A stretch of 64,000 nucleotides of DNA. It comes from Lama glama. Its lineage: Eukaryota. The position numbers and the translations under genes were made by a program. This document shows positions 1-13,203 of this stretch, piece after piece; the stretch's first letter is position 1; the number at the start of each line of letters is the position of its first letter. Where the stretch lies: assembly GCA_028534125.1 (NCBI GenBank), contig CM052817.1:26786001-26850000 (forward strand), given 5' to 3'. The notes below the pieces were generated by a model. It saw only the letters and a program-made list of their open reading frames with translations. It was not told where the DNA came from and searched no databases.

Positions 1-74
1 AAAATCCCACCTTCTGTCATCTAGTACCCCTTAGTTCCTTCAGAGTACTGAATCCCATCTCAACCCCCAAAGAA

Positions 75-170
75 AGCCCCATGAGGGCAGAGAACTTTTA
101 TTCTCCCCTGCACACCTAGTACCCAGTGTCTGGCATGTAGCAGCTACTCAATAAATAACAGTTGAGTCTG
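75..170 (+). mobile_element. L2 LINE 3' end fragment
   Basis: CCATGAGGGCAG...AGTGTCTGGCATGTAGCAGCTACTCAATAAATAACAGTTGA resembles the L2 3' terminus. Confidence 0.65.
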
Positions 171-588
171 TGTCTACTTTAGAAAAATACGTTTTTTTCA
201 ATGTCTAGTTTGAACTAATTTAATTCATATTTATCTTTTTTTCAAGTGTACCTAATTACTAAGTCTTTATTTTGATAAATTTTTTCTAACTGATAAATAA
301 TTACCACTAGCTCCACCTACATAGTATATTGTTAAAGTCAGGTCTAATTTAACATTTATATGCTATTCATTTTTAATGTCCCATTCAGTACATATAAGTA
401 ATAAAATGATTTGCAGAAAGTACAAGAAATATTAGCAGATTGTTAGGTTTTTTAAAAAAATTTCTCAAATTGTCCAGTTACTATCAATCGTGATGATAGC
501 CTCCGAATCAACTTTAAAAAATGAAAAAATACCGAAATAATTCTAAATCAGCCACAAGCCATTATCAACAATAGTCAGAAATAACTAA

Positions 589-741
589 GAGGGGAAGGTA
601 TAGCTCAGTAGTAGAGAACATGCTTAGCAGGCATGAGGTTCTGGGTTCAATCCCCAGTACCTTTATAAAAATAAATAAGTAAATAAGTAAACCTCCTTAC
701 AACCCCCCCCAAAAAAAACCCAAAAATAAACTTAAAAAAAT
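589..741 (+). mobile_element. Vic-1-type camelid SINE (tRNA-Ala derived)
   Basis: Head GGGGAAGGTATAGCTCAGTAGTAGAG...CTTAGCA...GGGTTCAATCCCCAGTACC, A-rich/C-run tail, TSD AAATAACTAA at 579-588 and 742-751. Confidence 0.92.
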
Positions 742-1789
742 AAATAACTAAATCCCAGGATCCTCATGTACTTTCAGCAGAATTTATATATTACTGCTTT
801 TTCTTCCTTCCTTTCTTTTTTTTTTTTTTTTTTTTTGCAAAGAATCCTCCTGGCTTGTACACTCACCTTTAAGATCATTTCTGGGGTCCCCAACCTAGTA
901 GCCACATGATTCCACCAGCCACTGGGAAAGTCCTTTACAGTGCCAAGTGATGGATCTAAAAAGGGCATGTGGGCACACAGAGGGAGCTGTACCTCCAAGG
1001 ACCAAGAAATACAATTCTGCCAAACCAAGGAAAACTGTGCAATGCAGAGAGAGAGAGTGAGGCTGGGGCTAGCAAATCAGTACGACAGATCAGAGAGTGG
1101 TTGTGCCACTCGGTAAAGGCAAGACTGAAGTTTTGTAAAAGGTTCTGGAGAAATATTAAAGACTCGGACAATGACACCAGCCCTCATTTCATGCCAGGTC
1201 AAGGGAGAACACTTAACTGAGCTTGGCAATCAAGAAAAAAATCTAGATGGAATCTGCAGCAGCAGTTGGCATTTGGCCAAATCTCAAAGGTCAAAAGAGA
1301 TAGCTTAAAAAAAAATAAACTTGTCTTGACATTTACTTTCAGAACAATCATTAATTATGATTAAATGACAAAAGAAAATGTGATCAACAATATAGCAACA
1401 TGAGTTAGTCGAGTGCAATCATCTGTAGGGCATGCAATTCACAAGACTGGTTCAAAACAGAGCTGTAAGACTGAGATGGAAATCACAAAAAGATTGCCAA
1501 AGACGAGGCTTTGATTTGGAAACAGAGAAGTGCTAGAGTGATTGCACCATCCCCACACTTAGCTTCTGCCTTGCTCGTTACTTAGTCATCCGCCTCCATC
1601 AAGGGCTCGCGGTGGCACAGAAAATAATGAAACCAGAGGAACCAGAGAAAATATGGCAGCTTAGCAGGAAAGGTCTGGGGGAAAAAAATCATGCTTATTC
1701 AGAAAGATGTGTTCGTGGTTAAACTTTGAGAACACACAAGTAGTACTACACTTTCAGTCATACTTGTGCTGTATAAAAAGCCTGTGTTT

Positions 1790-2390
1790 TATTCATTTAT
1801 TCAACAAATAGTTATGGAGTACCTACTCAATGGCAGACTCTGCTCTAAGGTGCTTGGAATGCATGAATAAATGAAGCAGACATTCTAGTGGGAAGAGACA
1901 ATGAGCCATATAATCATATAGCATGCCAAAAGGTACTATATTAAAAAAAAAAATAGGGGGAGGATACAGCTCAGTGGTAGAATGTGTGCTTAGCATGCAC
2001 GAGGTCCTGGGTTCAATCCCCAGTACCTTCATTACAAAAATAAATACCTTCCCCCTCCTCCAAAAAAAAAAAAAAAAAAAGAGCAGGGTAGGAAGCCAGA
2101 AAGTACTGACAGGAAGGAGGAATTGCTGTTTTAGATAAAGGAGGAAGAGTAAAGACTTGAAGGTGAAAAAGTGAACCATGGATATATCTGGGGAAGATGG
2201 TTCCAAGAGGGCAAAGAGTCAGTGCAAAGGCTCTGGGGCAAGAAGTGGTGGTTACAGCAAAGTGATGAGGGAGTGAGTGACAGGGAGGTGAGAATAAAGA
2301 GGTAATGGGACTAGAAATACAGTGCCTTATTGGCTTTTGAAGGAGATGGAGGCTCTGGAAAGTTTTAACAGGGAATTATCATGGATACTG
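1790..2390 (-). mobile_element. L2 LINE 3' fragment, interrupted by a SINE
   Basis: ATTCATTTATTCAACAAATAGTTATGGAGTACCTAC (reverse L2 tail) followed by purine-rich L2 body (GTGCAAAGGCTCTGGGG...). Confidence 0.75.
1956..2080 (+). mobile_element. Vic-1-type SINE
   Basis: GGGGGAGGATACAGCTCAGTGGTAGAATGTGTGCTTAGCATGCACGAGGTCCTGGGTTCAATCCCCAGTACC plus poly(A) tail. Confidence 0.93.
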
Positions 2391-4254
2391 TGCCAAGAAC
2401 CAAGTATAAGGGGTGAGAGCAAAGGTGGAAGCAGGGAGAAGAGACAAGCAGATTCTGCAGATCCACTGCCAATTTCATCGATTAACCCTAGCGAAAGGGG
2501 CTTAAAGGGTAAGACCTTTCATACATCTCTAGGATGTGTGAGAACAGGGGTGTTATCGTTTGATTTCAGGGTCTGTGTGCCTCCTACACTTCCCACTGGA
2601 GGGGTGAGTCCCAGGATCCACTCCGGAAAGGGTGCAGGGAGAATATTCTGAGACCCCTGCCTCCCTAGGCTTGGGCTCAGCGCCTGGGAGTGATTTGTCT
2701 ATAAACATGGAGCTGCTGCAGATGCAAGGTACAAAGTCCAGGGCTCACTTGTACCATCTGAGCTGGTAGTTCCTGTTTGCTCACTGGCAAATCTACATAT
2801 AACCTGAGGTGGATCCTGGAACCCACAATGTAAGGCAAAGAGGAAAGGAGGTCCCTGGGCCAAAATATTGTTTGCACCAAGTGGGAAGAGCTAGCTTGTT
2901 ACTGGATTCCCTTTGCTCTGCAAATAGAATTTCACTAGAGGCAATTCTCTCAATACTTCTTTGGCCACCTGCCCTCCTTCCTCTTGTCTTTCCTTACCCA
3001 AGAGGACACCAACAGTCCCACCAGAAACACCACCCCACTGTGGCTCAGAGATCTGTATATTCACTTGATGTTGTCCTTCCCCTCTTGATCTCTGTTCCAT
3101 CTCCCCAGTTAAAAAATTTTTTTTAAAAAGCACTTTTTCCCAGTAATTATCTAATACATTCCTTCTAATACATGCAATTTTGAAAAGTGCATTTTTCCCC
3201 TTCCCATAATTACCAAGTAATGAGTCTGGGCCTTTAAAGGATGATAAAGAGCAGAAAAAAGAGGTATAAACTTTAAAACAAAGTGATGGGCACCCAAGCA
3301 CTGTCACAATTTGTCCCCTCGATGGCTGTAGCCTCCCATATCGTGCCATGCTTTCAGAGGCTTGGCTGTGGATAAAGCTTCCATTCTGGCTCCTTTCTGA
3401 GTTAATTATATCTCCATCATATTTCCTCTACCCAACAATATTTGCTAAAATGCTCTGGAAAAAGTAGAAGTCATCCAAATAAATATGATCCATAATACAC
3501 ACCCATGGGATGCAAAGATGCTGTTATTTTAGAAGGTAATGAATTGGGCAAAGAGTCTTATTTTATTTATTGAGCACTCAACTATAAGCTGGGGACATTG
3601 AGGGACACAAATATTATTCAGACATAAATCCTGCCTCCAAGGAATTTATTTTCTGTTTGGTAGGGAAAACTGTACAGGTACAAAAGTAGCAGGTGATGTA
3701 CAATGCCGTAAGAAGGACGCATAAGACCCTGTGGCACTTCTGAGAAAAGTCTCATACTATACATTACTATTTTTGACTAGTTAATGCTAACCAACAAAAG
3801 TCATAATAGGCACTACTTAAGTTTACTGTATTAAGTTCTTTTACACAGAATAGTTCTACTTTGCATTAGCCATTTCCAGACTCTATACTCTGTATTCAGC
3901 AGGACATTTGGCAGTCTATCACTCGACAGATATTAACAGCATCATTCTTTTTGCTTCTAATCAACATCTTATAGTTTCCTGAGAGAAAAGAAAAATGCAC
4001 CTTGGTGATTCTAAATTACATTTTCTCCATACAGCTAAGATACAAAAACCAGAAGGAACTTAGCAACATAGTGCCGGCCTACCACGGGCAATGGCCACTC
4101 GGTCAAACCAAACCCAAGGAGTGATCTTAGGAAAAGAATCCTGGATGCCAACCAGCAGAAGAGGTCACAAAAGGAGTAAGATAAGAATTCAAACACAGAA
4201 ACGCATCTAAACATGATGTCCATGTATATCATGCTGACTATGTACCATCTCACA

Positions 4255-4445
4255 CTGACTATGTGCCAGGTAATGTTCTAAGTCTTATTTATCTGATAGA
4301 TTAATTTAATCCTTATAACAGTCCTATGAGGTAGGCATTTTACAGTTGGGGAAACTGGGTCACAGAGAGATTTTTTTTTTTTAAGGTAACCTGCCTGAAG
4401 TCCCAAAAGTGGCCAAGCCAGGATTTGAACCAAGTCAGTTTGAAT
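4255..4445 (-). mobile_element. MIR SINE
   Basis: Reverse MIR core CATTTTACAGTTGGGGAAACTGGGTCACAGAGA and GGATTTGAACC. Confidence 0.8.
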
Positions 4446-7400
4446 TGAGTGCAAATGGTCATCTTTTTCCCCAGATTGTCATTTTTCACGCTGGCTAACC
4501 ACCTTTTCCTCCTCTCCACATGTGACCAAATTTTGCTGACTGCCCCAAGAACAAACTAGCCAGAGAGCTGATCTCTCCTCTGCATCAGCATGCTGTAGCC
4601 TTTGCCTTTTAAAATCTAATTAAACTCCAAGGCAAATTCTCAACCACCACATTCTTCCCTGCCAAAGTCTAAAATATAGTAAGATCATCTGCATGGAGAA
4701 ATACATCATAGATATTAGCTGATAGAATTTTTTAAAAAACGAAAACATCAGGCCATTGAATTTTCTGTTAATAATAAGTTGCAGTGCCCCATTGAGTTCT
4801 CTGTGTCACCAAATCCTCCCAGTTGTAGTTACACAAAGGCAACTTTGTCTTGAGAAGGCTACTGAGAAGATGGGCCTAATCTTGGCAAGGGCTTGGTGTA
4901 CCGAGAACCATGTTATTATTTTTAAAAATAAATAACAAACAAAAAGAAATATTCTTTAAGCCATCTTTTCAAAAAGTACAGTGCTATTATCATCACGGAC
5001 ATGGATCCTTACTTTCAGAAACATGACTATTTTACCTGAGCTTAAAAGGTTCAAATATACATTTTCAGAATGGCAATCAAATTGATCTAAGAGAATTAAC
5101 ACCTGAAAAAAAACCTCCTTCATTTCATTAAATATTTCTTGGCATGATGTGAAATGCTCTACAAAAATGATTGAGCTGGGTCTCAGTGCTCTGAAAGGTA
5201 AATACTTCTTATTATAATTTTGCAGGTTGGTATTTCCTTGGTCAGGTGGAGAAGTCCTGTTCCTGTTTCAGCTACACAATGCCCCGCATTCATTTTACAC
5301 CCACCCACTGCACATTGGTATATATAGTTAACTCTTGCTCACCCACATATGGATTATCCATAGCTTCTGGGATCAGGTTGTCTTTCTCCCCAGTAGATGG
5401 AAACTTGAGGAATATGAGCAAAATTGCTATTAGCCAAAGCAAAGCACAATCAGGAGGCTAACACTGTCAGCAACTCCTCTTTCATTCAATATATACCCAC
5501 CTATTACGGTCTTGGTACTGGGCCGCCATGCTCCTGAAAGAACCAGAAACATATAGCGTTCCCAAAGACAAATATCATGATTTGAGACGAGAGATTGTTT
5601 TCTTGATTAATGTAAATAAACGGCTGTAATTTATAAGCAGACATTTTGCACTACTGGGAATCTGCTGAGACCAAAGGATTGATATTTTCTACAAATCACA
5701 AAGGGTTTTCGGGGTTATACTAGCATTTTGTCTTCTGATGTCATCTCTCCTGAGTGGGCTTCAGAAAGCTAGAGAGTGTACTTTTGATTTCTAAAATGAC
5801 CCCACTCTTAAAATCTGATGGGGTTTACCAAAAAAGCAACAGCTACATAGTCAATCATTTCTATCATTGTACCAGTTTCCTTATGTATTGTATTTAACAT
5901 ATAAAATGTACACATCTAAACACACCCACAGATCACTTTGGCATGAACTAAGTTCCTAAGATGACAAAAATGATATACATAATGAAAAAGAAACTTCGTA
6001 TTAAATACATGTTACGTAAACTGAGCCACAATCTTTTTTTTCAGGTGCCCTTAAACCACTACAGAAAGTAGAGGAAAGGCAGAGTGGGAGTGCAGTTGAA
6101 GGGGTGTGCCTTTTGTAATCAGTTTACTTTTGGCTGTAGCAAGAGATGGCAACTTGAACTCATTCAAAGCAGCCATCTATTGCAGTGCATTGGGAGCATA
6201 TGAATTACCAAGGGTGGGGGGCAGTGAGCCTCAAATTCCTACAGTCACCAGTTCACCTGCAATATTTGAGGGCATTGACAATCTCCACATGAGCTTTCTG
6301 CTGAATTCCACATTATTTAAAGGTGGAACTCACCTGTTTTGTGGCCATTTATTCCTCCAGACACTCCCTCCCCTTCTACTTTGACTGGAAAATTCCTTCC
6401 TCACCCCCTTTTCAGAGCAAAAAGTAAGAGGTTCTGAAAATAGGGGGTACACTGACTTCAAGGGAAGGATATCGTTTTCCTGTCTCCTCTCCCCCATATG
6501 GATGCTGACAGGATAGACAGGGAGGCAACTGTGAAAGAGGCAGAAACAATCAGAAAGCAAGCTCAGACCATCTCAGGAGTGTTTTACTGACAAGATGATT
6601 CAGGACCACACACAAAAAGTGGCAGGATGCCATTTCCCCCTAAATCCTCCAGTATGCGCGATGTTTCTAACAATTTGTGGTGGCAGTTGAACAATTACTT
6701 ATTATCATTTCTACTCTAGTTCTCTGGAGTTTCTAAAGGGCTTCAATCTCGTATCCCAGGTCATCCCTGCATTGCCATTATTGAAAATCTTTTTGCAATT
6801 GTTCTTTGAAGCCGTTTACTCTGAGCAGGTGGTTGTGTTGACTAACATGCAACTCTTAACGATATTAAACCAGAAAATCAACATCATCATAAGATACAGA
6901 GACTGCTCCCAAGAGGGAAAATTTCTCTCTTGATCAGGCCAGCAGCTAAATCATTCCAATATAACCTTTAACTTGGAATCATTCCAAAAAACACTTTTTA
7001 AACTGATTTACATATTCATTGTAATTTCACAAACATTTGGCACACAAAGTCTAGATTCACGCAAAAATCTATTCTTTTTCTAAGTCTTCTGAATCCCAAA
7101 CTTTAGTCCTCTTCAGAGTCTTTTCTTGGATTTTGCATCCTCTGGGAAAACTGAATCAGTTTCCCTTGAACTTTGGTCCAACTTTAAAGAGATCTCCCTC
7201 CCCCTCCACCAGCACCCCTACATCCATTCCCCAGCCCTTTCCTGAAATACCAGAAGGGACTTGAAATGTGGAGGTGGAAACCTGTCTGAAATAGACAAAT
7301 ACTTTCCTACAGCAGTCGAAGCTCAGTCATTTGGGACATGATTTATTTTTAATCATCAGATCAAGAGGAGAATTTGGAAACCAAATTCACTTTGTAGGAA

Positions 7401-8293
7401 AATAATTTCATTTACTCTAACCTTCTAATCTTTGTTTAAATTACTGAGAACAGGTTCCGTTACTAGTAAACCAAAGAGAACAGTCTAATCTGAATGCTTT
7501 TATCATGTGAGGGGAAAAAAAAAATGGGAGTCATCTTAAACACTAGTCAGAGCAAGTACAGAGGACGCGTGTCCAGAGGCACATAGTTTCCTTGCTTTGT
7601 ATCTTGATCTCACCCTCAGTGTCGCCAACTGCTTTGGGCAGAATCCTTTCACAATTTAGAGCATAAGAGTAATCAAAAATACTTTGACAATGAAAACTGT
7701 GGAGATTGGAGTAAAAAGATGATGGCAAATTTTTAATCCTACAAACTTCTGAGAACTCAATAACCAAATAAATTTTCAAAATTTGATTCATTTTCAGCAC
7801 ATGTTCACAAAAGACTACTGAGCAGATAAATTTAAGTGTAGCCTAGTCGGATAAAGAAGCATGGCAGTTAGACTAGCAGCTTGGCTTTTGTCAATTTATT
7901 TCTTCCCTAAACAAATACTGAAAGTTAATGATGAAGCTGAGTTCTTGTGAAATGTCTGATTCCTCATTCTCCCAGTATGCAGTACTTAAGTCAGAGAGAC
8001 CAACGCTATGTACAGCAGAACAAGGTGAAGGGAAAGGTAGACCAGAAAAAATACAAAAACCCAAATCTTTTTTTTTTCCTCCTCCTGTTTCCCCTTCAGA
8101 CTGGGCTGGTTTTGTTTCCCTCCAAGATTTCAGATCAATATGACAAAGAGTATTATTTAAATTAACAGCAACACAAAGTCCCACAAAGTGCTATCTCATT
8201 GCCTTGATTGAGTTTGCCTCTAGGCCTGTCTCCGGTTTGTCTATAGGTTGTGTTTCATGCTGCTGACAACCTTACACGTTTTACAATTGGTAC

Positions 8294-8431
8294 CTGCAAT
8301 TCTCAAGCGCTCTTCGTCTAAACTGCAGTTGTGCTTAAAACTGCGACAACTTCATGTTTGTGTTGTCAACCCTGTCTTTTCTCTGCCTCCAGTATTAAAA
8401 GTTTTAAAGAACACATTTCTAATCTACATTC
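8294..8431 (-). other. Candidate non-coding (5'UTR or lncRNA) exon of an unidentified minus-strand gene
   Basis: Strong acceptor TTTTCTTTACAG|G at 8431; weaker donor CAG|GTACCA at 8294 (alternative CGT|GTAAGG at 8276); contains only tiny ORFs. Confidence 0.4.
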
Positions 8432-9220
8432 CTGTAAAGAAAACTGAGTGAGCCGTTAAAATGCCACTAGAAAAAAGTTGGTTTTTCGTTCAAATCACTA
8501 CGGCCTATGAGTAAGTACCCTGAGGACACTATCTTTCTATCACTTTGATAAGCCTTCATGAAAGAAGCTGCATCCCCAAATGCCTTGGGACAGTACCCAA
8601 GAGTAGATGAACTTTTACCTAATTAAAAAATGAATCACTTATTTGAAAAGTTCCACTTCATTTATTTTAACTTATTTCTTAAATATCCAGTGACTGGTGA
8701 TTTGCCAGCTGTCACAGTTCATCAGCCCTACAGTTTCAGGCAGATTGAAATTTTAACAACTAAGCCTGCACTCAGGGTTACCTTGGGAGGTAAATGACTG
8801 CAGGAAGACATTCCCCCTTCCCCCGGCCTAAACACTCACTTAAATGAGATGCCTGTCACCAATGTTTCCTCAATTTCACTTTACTAATGAGTCTAAAAAG
8901 TCACCTGTGCCTCTGCACAGCCCAATCATATGCTTTCAAGGACGAAAAAAAAAAATCTGTCCCTTGTATGGAAAAGGTTTCATCACCAAAGGAAACATGA
9001 TGGGGCTGACTGTACATGATTTTCTGCTTTTCCAGAAGCTGACGCTTTTAAAATCTTTTTCTAAACCGTTGTTTTCCCATTAAATATACCAGAGTCGGAA
9101 GGGGGATAGTAGAATAAGGGAGATAAGGGCTAAAAAGAGAAGAAAACAAAATTTCAAAATTGGGACCCAAATGTAAGATTAAGGGACAGTAGTTAGAAGG
9201 ATTGCCAAAAACTACCTTAC

Positions 9221-9790
9221 CTTTGTTATGTATTTGCGGTCGCCCACTTCAGAAATTTACACCATTCACAGCCGGGTAGCAATTTACACAGCTAGGAAGT
9301 AACCTACCACATCTTCTCGGCCTCCCTCTTTTTAATGTAAAACCAAAATAAGGAGTGTCCAGCTACTCCCCACTGTGCCGCTTAAAGCAACAGATCGTTT
9401 AGGCTAAACTCCCAGGCTCTGGGAATTCCAGTTTGTCAGAATTTCTTAACCTTGGAAACCTGCAGAGAGAAACTCTCTACGAGGACAACTGCCCGAGTCC
9501 TGGCTTCTCACTGTCCCAAGCTGCACATTCCAAAGTGGGAAGCAGGAGCGATAACCAGAAGGCAGCTCTCTGGGGCTAAATTCCTGGCGGGAGCGAGAAC
9601 TTGAAAGCGCGGCGACTCCACTGGCAGAGCGGCGCCGGATCCGCACCCCGGGGAGATCCGCGGCCCCGGGAGCCCTGCTGCGTCCGGCGCTGCGCACGGG
9701 GAGCGCTCGGAGTCTCGTCTCCAGCTCTTCCCTGTTCCCTCCGCCCTCCTCCTGTTGCCCTCCCCCAGCCGAGGCCGTTCGCCTCACAGT
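9221..9790 (-). other. Candidate first non-coding exon of an unidentified minus-strand gene; TSS approximate
   Basis: Starts in CpG-dense block; consensus donor AAG|GTAAGG at 9221; internal acceptor TTTCTCTCTGCAG|G at 9459. Confidence 0.5.
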
Positions 9791-10720
9791 AGCAAGGTTG
9801 TCTCTCGTCTACTCCCTTCCCTTAAACTCACCAAACCAGATTTTTACTCCCAACACCGGCAACTTCCCGTAAATCTGCACTGAAATTTTATCCTGCTTGC
9901 TGAGCCTCCACTGGCTGAAGGCCAGTGCAACATTCCTGTTGTTTTAGGAGAGCAGATACCTTTGCTGAAGGTTGAAAAAAAAAAAAAACTGCCTTGATCG
10001 GAAGGATCTGGGGACTTCACCAGACCGACTTCTCTCCCCGCTCAAAAAGTCACATCCATTTCAGACAGTCAGAAATGGCCCCAGAAGTGGCACCTGCTCC
10101 ACCTGAGTTCATCTGTCCGCATCAGACGTCTGGCCCCCTTTGGGCTGTTGAGGGAAACCAAGCAGAACCGTGTTTGAGGAATAAGGAACCTGCTTTTGAA
10201 TCACAAGCCGATCAGAACACCCCACCCTCGTTCTTCCCCCAAGTAAAGAAGTCGTTTAACCAGGTAGGATCACAGCGAACACGGCGGCGTGCCCGATGGA
10301 AGGGGGACCTCCCAGAGTGTCCTTACCTGAGGCAGAGCACAGCTTAGACGAGCGCAGGAAGGAACGTCACACGGACCAAGCCCCGACCTTTGCCGGGGCC
10401 TTCGCAGCAGGGCCTGGGGCCTGGGCGCTGCTGGCTCATAAGTGGCTCATTTTAATGCGCTCTGACCTAAAGTTACAGCTGGTTTCTAGAAAGGGAACAA
10501 AAAACACTGCATTTAAAAACAGCAACCAAGCCCTCCCTTAACCTTGACTGATCTCTGGGGAGTTGGCTCTAACCCCCACCCCATCCCCATCCCGAAGAAA
10601 TCCGCAATCTGGGCCCCACCCCGCCGCATTACCTGTTTATGCAAGAGTTAAGGAGCCTCACGCATTTCAATAGAGTGCTAAGCCTGTTTGTAGGCGCGTA
10701 ATCGGCCAACAGGAATCGAA
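9550..10720. promoter_or_regulatory. CpG-island-like promoter region
   Basis: Only strongly CpG/GC-rich zone in the window (9590-9790, 10260-10440, 10590-10710); GC box CCCCGCC near 10620; CRE half-site ACGTCA near 10364; flanked by minus-strand splice donors. Confidence 0.8.
10327..10440 (-). other. Candidate alternative upstream first exon; start approximate
   Basis: Consensus donor CAG|GTAAGG at 10327 inside a CpG-rich block; another donor CAG|GTAATG at 10633. Confidence 0.35.
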
Positions 10721-12724
10721 TTCTGTGACTAAACAAACTAGAAGAGGAAGCAGGCACTACCAGGAACCTAAAACGGAGTTGTGATTTCGGGTTGCAATGT
10801 CATTCAACTGAGAAAAAAAAAAAAAAAGTGCTGCTTCTCATTGGGCTCTTTAGTGAAGGAATAGTCCAAAAATATTTTTCTTGCTGGTTAAATGAGTTAA
10901 TACATGCACAGAGCTTAGAACAGTGCCTGACACATTGTGTTAGTGGCCATAATTATTGTTGTTGTTATTTGTATTTGTACTTGACTTTTTTCTAAAGAGA
11001 AGTGGTCGTGACCAGAAAAGTGGGCTTTTGATCCAGCACAGCCACTAACTGTAAGGCCATGAGCCAGTTTTTCATTTTTCTTTTTTCTTTTTTTTTTTTT
11101 AACCTCTCCCAGCTTCCATTTCTGAAAGAGTCTAACAATTAGATTTTTGCAGTTTACATTCATTGTGGGAAGTCTTAAAAATAATGGAAAATAAAGTTTC
11201 TATAAAATAGTGTCCTACTGGTTTTCATCTCATTTAAAAGTTGCAAGATTGACAGGATATGTGGAGATAAATTGGCCTCTACATTCCACGAAATTCGCTG
11301 ATGGAAAGGAAGCTCAGGACCCTGGACATAGCAATAAACCTTGGACGCATGCTTCATTCTAATTTGGATTTAGGCACTTCATTTGCTACCTGACCGTAGG
11401 GAGAGTTACTTATTTGGTTAGAAGCTAATGCTGAACAAATAATGGTCACTGTATTTTGAAAAACAGTGTGAAGTAGAAGGAAATAATTTTTAAATTCCTC
11501 ATAAATATTCCAAAGTGATTTTTGAAGGCAAAATGTGATCAGTGCTGACACACTTTTTCCTCCACTTAACTTCATTTTTAAAGAGAAAAATCATCGTCCC
11601 TCTATATGAATGAGGCACTTTGCACTTCACCCACCTCATTCACCCACTTCATCTTACCTGATCTTACAAATCAATCCTATGAGGTACTTTATCCCCATTT
11701 TGCAGATTGAAGATACTGAGGTCAGTGCAAGTTTTCCCTGAGTACTGAGGCCAGGATAGTTCCTAGTTCAATCTAAAAGCAGCACGTGCCACCTTTGGGA
11801 AAAATGATTCCTTCAAACCAGCAAAGAATTCTGAAACATTTAAAATCCCTTTGATTTTTTTTTTAACCTTCCCTATGGCGCATGATTTAACTGAGATCAA
11901 CTAAACATTTTCTGAGTTTCAGGTTCATTCCATGTCAGAATATAAGCCAGGGTGAACCATGAAGAGCAGGCAGTGAGATCTCTCCGCTGTTCTCTGACCA
12001 CACCTAAGGGCTGACATTCCCAGGTAGGGGACAACGGTCCACAGCCATGAGACAACTTAAAAACTCCAGCTCCACGTTCGCTGGATTTTAATTTTCTTTT
12101 TCCAAATGTATGGCCTTGAGCCTCTCAGTGTCAGAGACCCTGTGCATTATTGAATACAAGAGGGAACATTCTCAGGCTCACAGATTTTTCTGTCTCAGAA
12201 CAGGTTTTTCCATGGGAAGCCCTGGGCCAAACCTGGGGAATAACGACCAGGAATAATAAAGTGAGTCTGAAAGCGTGGAGGTCAGTGACTGCAGGTGAGC
12301 TGAGCTGCAGGCAGGGAAGATGACCCTTGAGGAGGCCCAGTTCCCTGGAAGCAAGTCGTTATGGCAGTTTTGAGTTGGCGACTTTCTCTCAAATATTGCC
12401 TGGCACTTCTGCTCCTTTTTCTCAGTTTTGCACACTGCCACCTAGTAAGTGGGTATAATTCTTATTCCCAACTACTTCCCACTGCTCTCCCCAGGAATAT
12501 GGAGAAAATAAAACAGGTTTTATTAAGTGGCAGGCAATAGTAGAAGAAAGTGAGCGTTCATTATTACTTCTTTGTGGCTGACCTTGATCCCTGTTTATTA
12601 TTTTTAATTATGATTATGATTATGATTAATTCTCAGGCAGACCTCATGAACCTGGGGCATTTGAGGTCTGCAGATCCTTGCCTTTTGCTTTCTGTTTTTT
12701 TCTTTCCCATCTACCCAAAAGGCA

Positions 12725-12915
12725 GAGCACTAGAGTGAATGCAAATAGCACGGAGATTCGTTTCCCATAGATGTGAGTTAGAATCTCAGTTCTACTTCTT
12801 AGTTTTGTGATGCTGGGCAAATTTCTTAACTGCTCCGAGCTTCAGTTTCTTCATTTATAAAATAACAACTACTCCCTCTCTGGATGTCTGTGAGTTAAAC
12901 GAAAATGAAATGCAA
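12725..12915 (+). mobile_element. MIR SINE (5' part; split by L1 insertion)
   Basis: GGGCAAATTTCTTAACTGCTCCGAGCTTCAGTTTCTTCATTTATAAAA MIR core; MIR 3' end resumes near 13205-13270. Confidence 0.7.
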
Positions 12916-12919
12916 TGAA

Positions 12920-13203
12920 AGACAAATAGTGTATAATACTCCTTATATATGGAATCTAAAAAAATACAACAAACTAGTGAATATAATGAAAAAGAAGCAG
13001 ACTCAGATATCAAGAACAAGTTAGTGGTTACCAGTGGGGGAAAGGGAGGAGTATTTAAGGGTGGGAGTGCGGGAGGCATAAACTACTGAGTGTAAGATAG
13101 GCTCAAGGACGTATTGTACAACACAGGGAACAGAGCCAGTATTTTGTAATAACTGTAAAAGGAAAGTAACCTCTAAAATTATATTTTAAAAAAATTTTTT
13201 TAA
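12920..13203 (+). mobile_element. L1 3'UTR fragment, cetartiodactyl-type (labelled family B here)
   Basis: GGAATCTAAAAAAATACAACAAACTAGTGAATATAA...GAAGCAGACTCAGATA...AGTGGTTACCAGTGGGG...TATTGTACAACACAGGGAA. Confidence 0.88.

Noticed and set aside
9446..9792. ORFs of 113 aa (-) and 63 aa (+) in the CpG block
   Set aside because: Non-ATG starts, Arg/Gly/Pro/Ala-rich composition expected from GC-rich DNA, no recognisable domain
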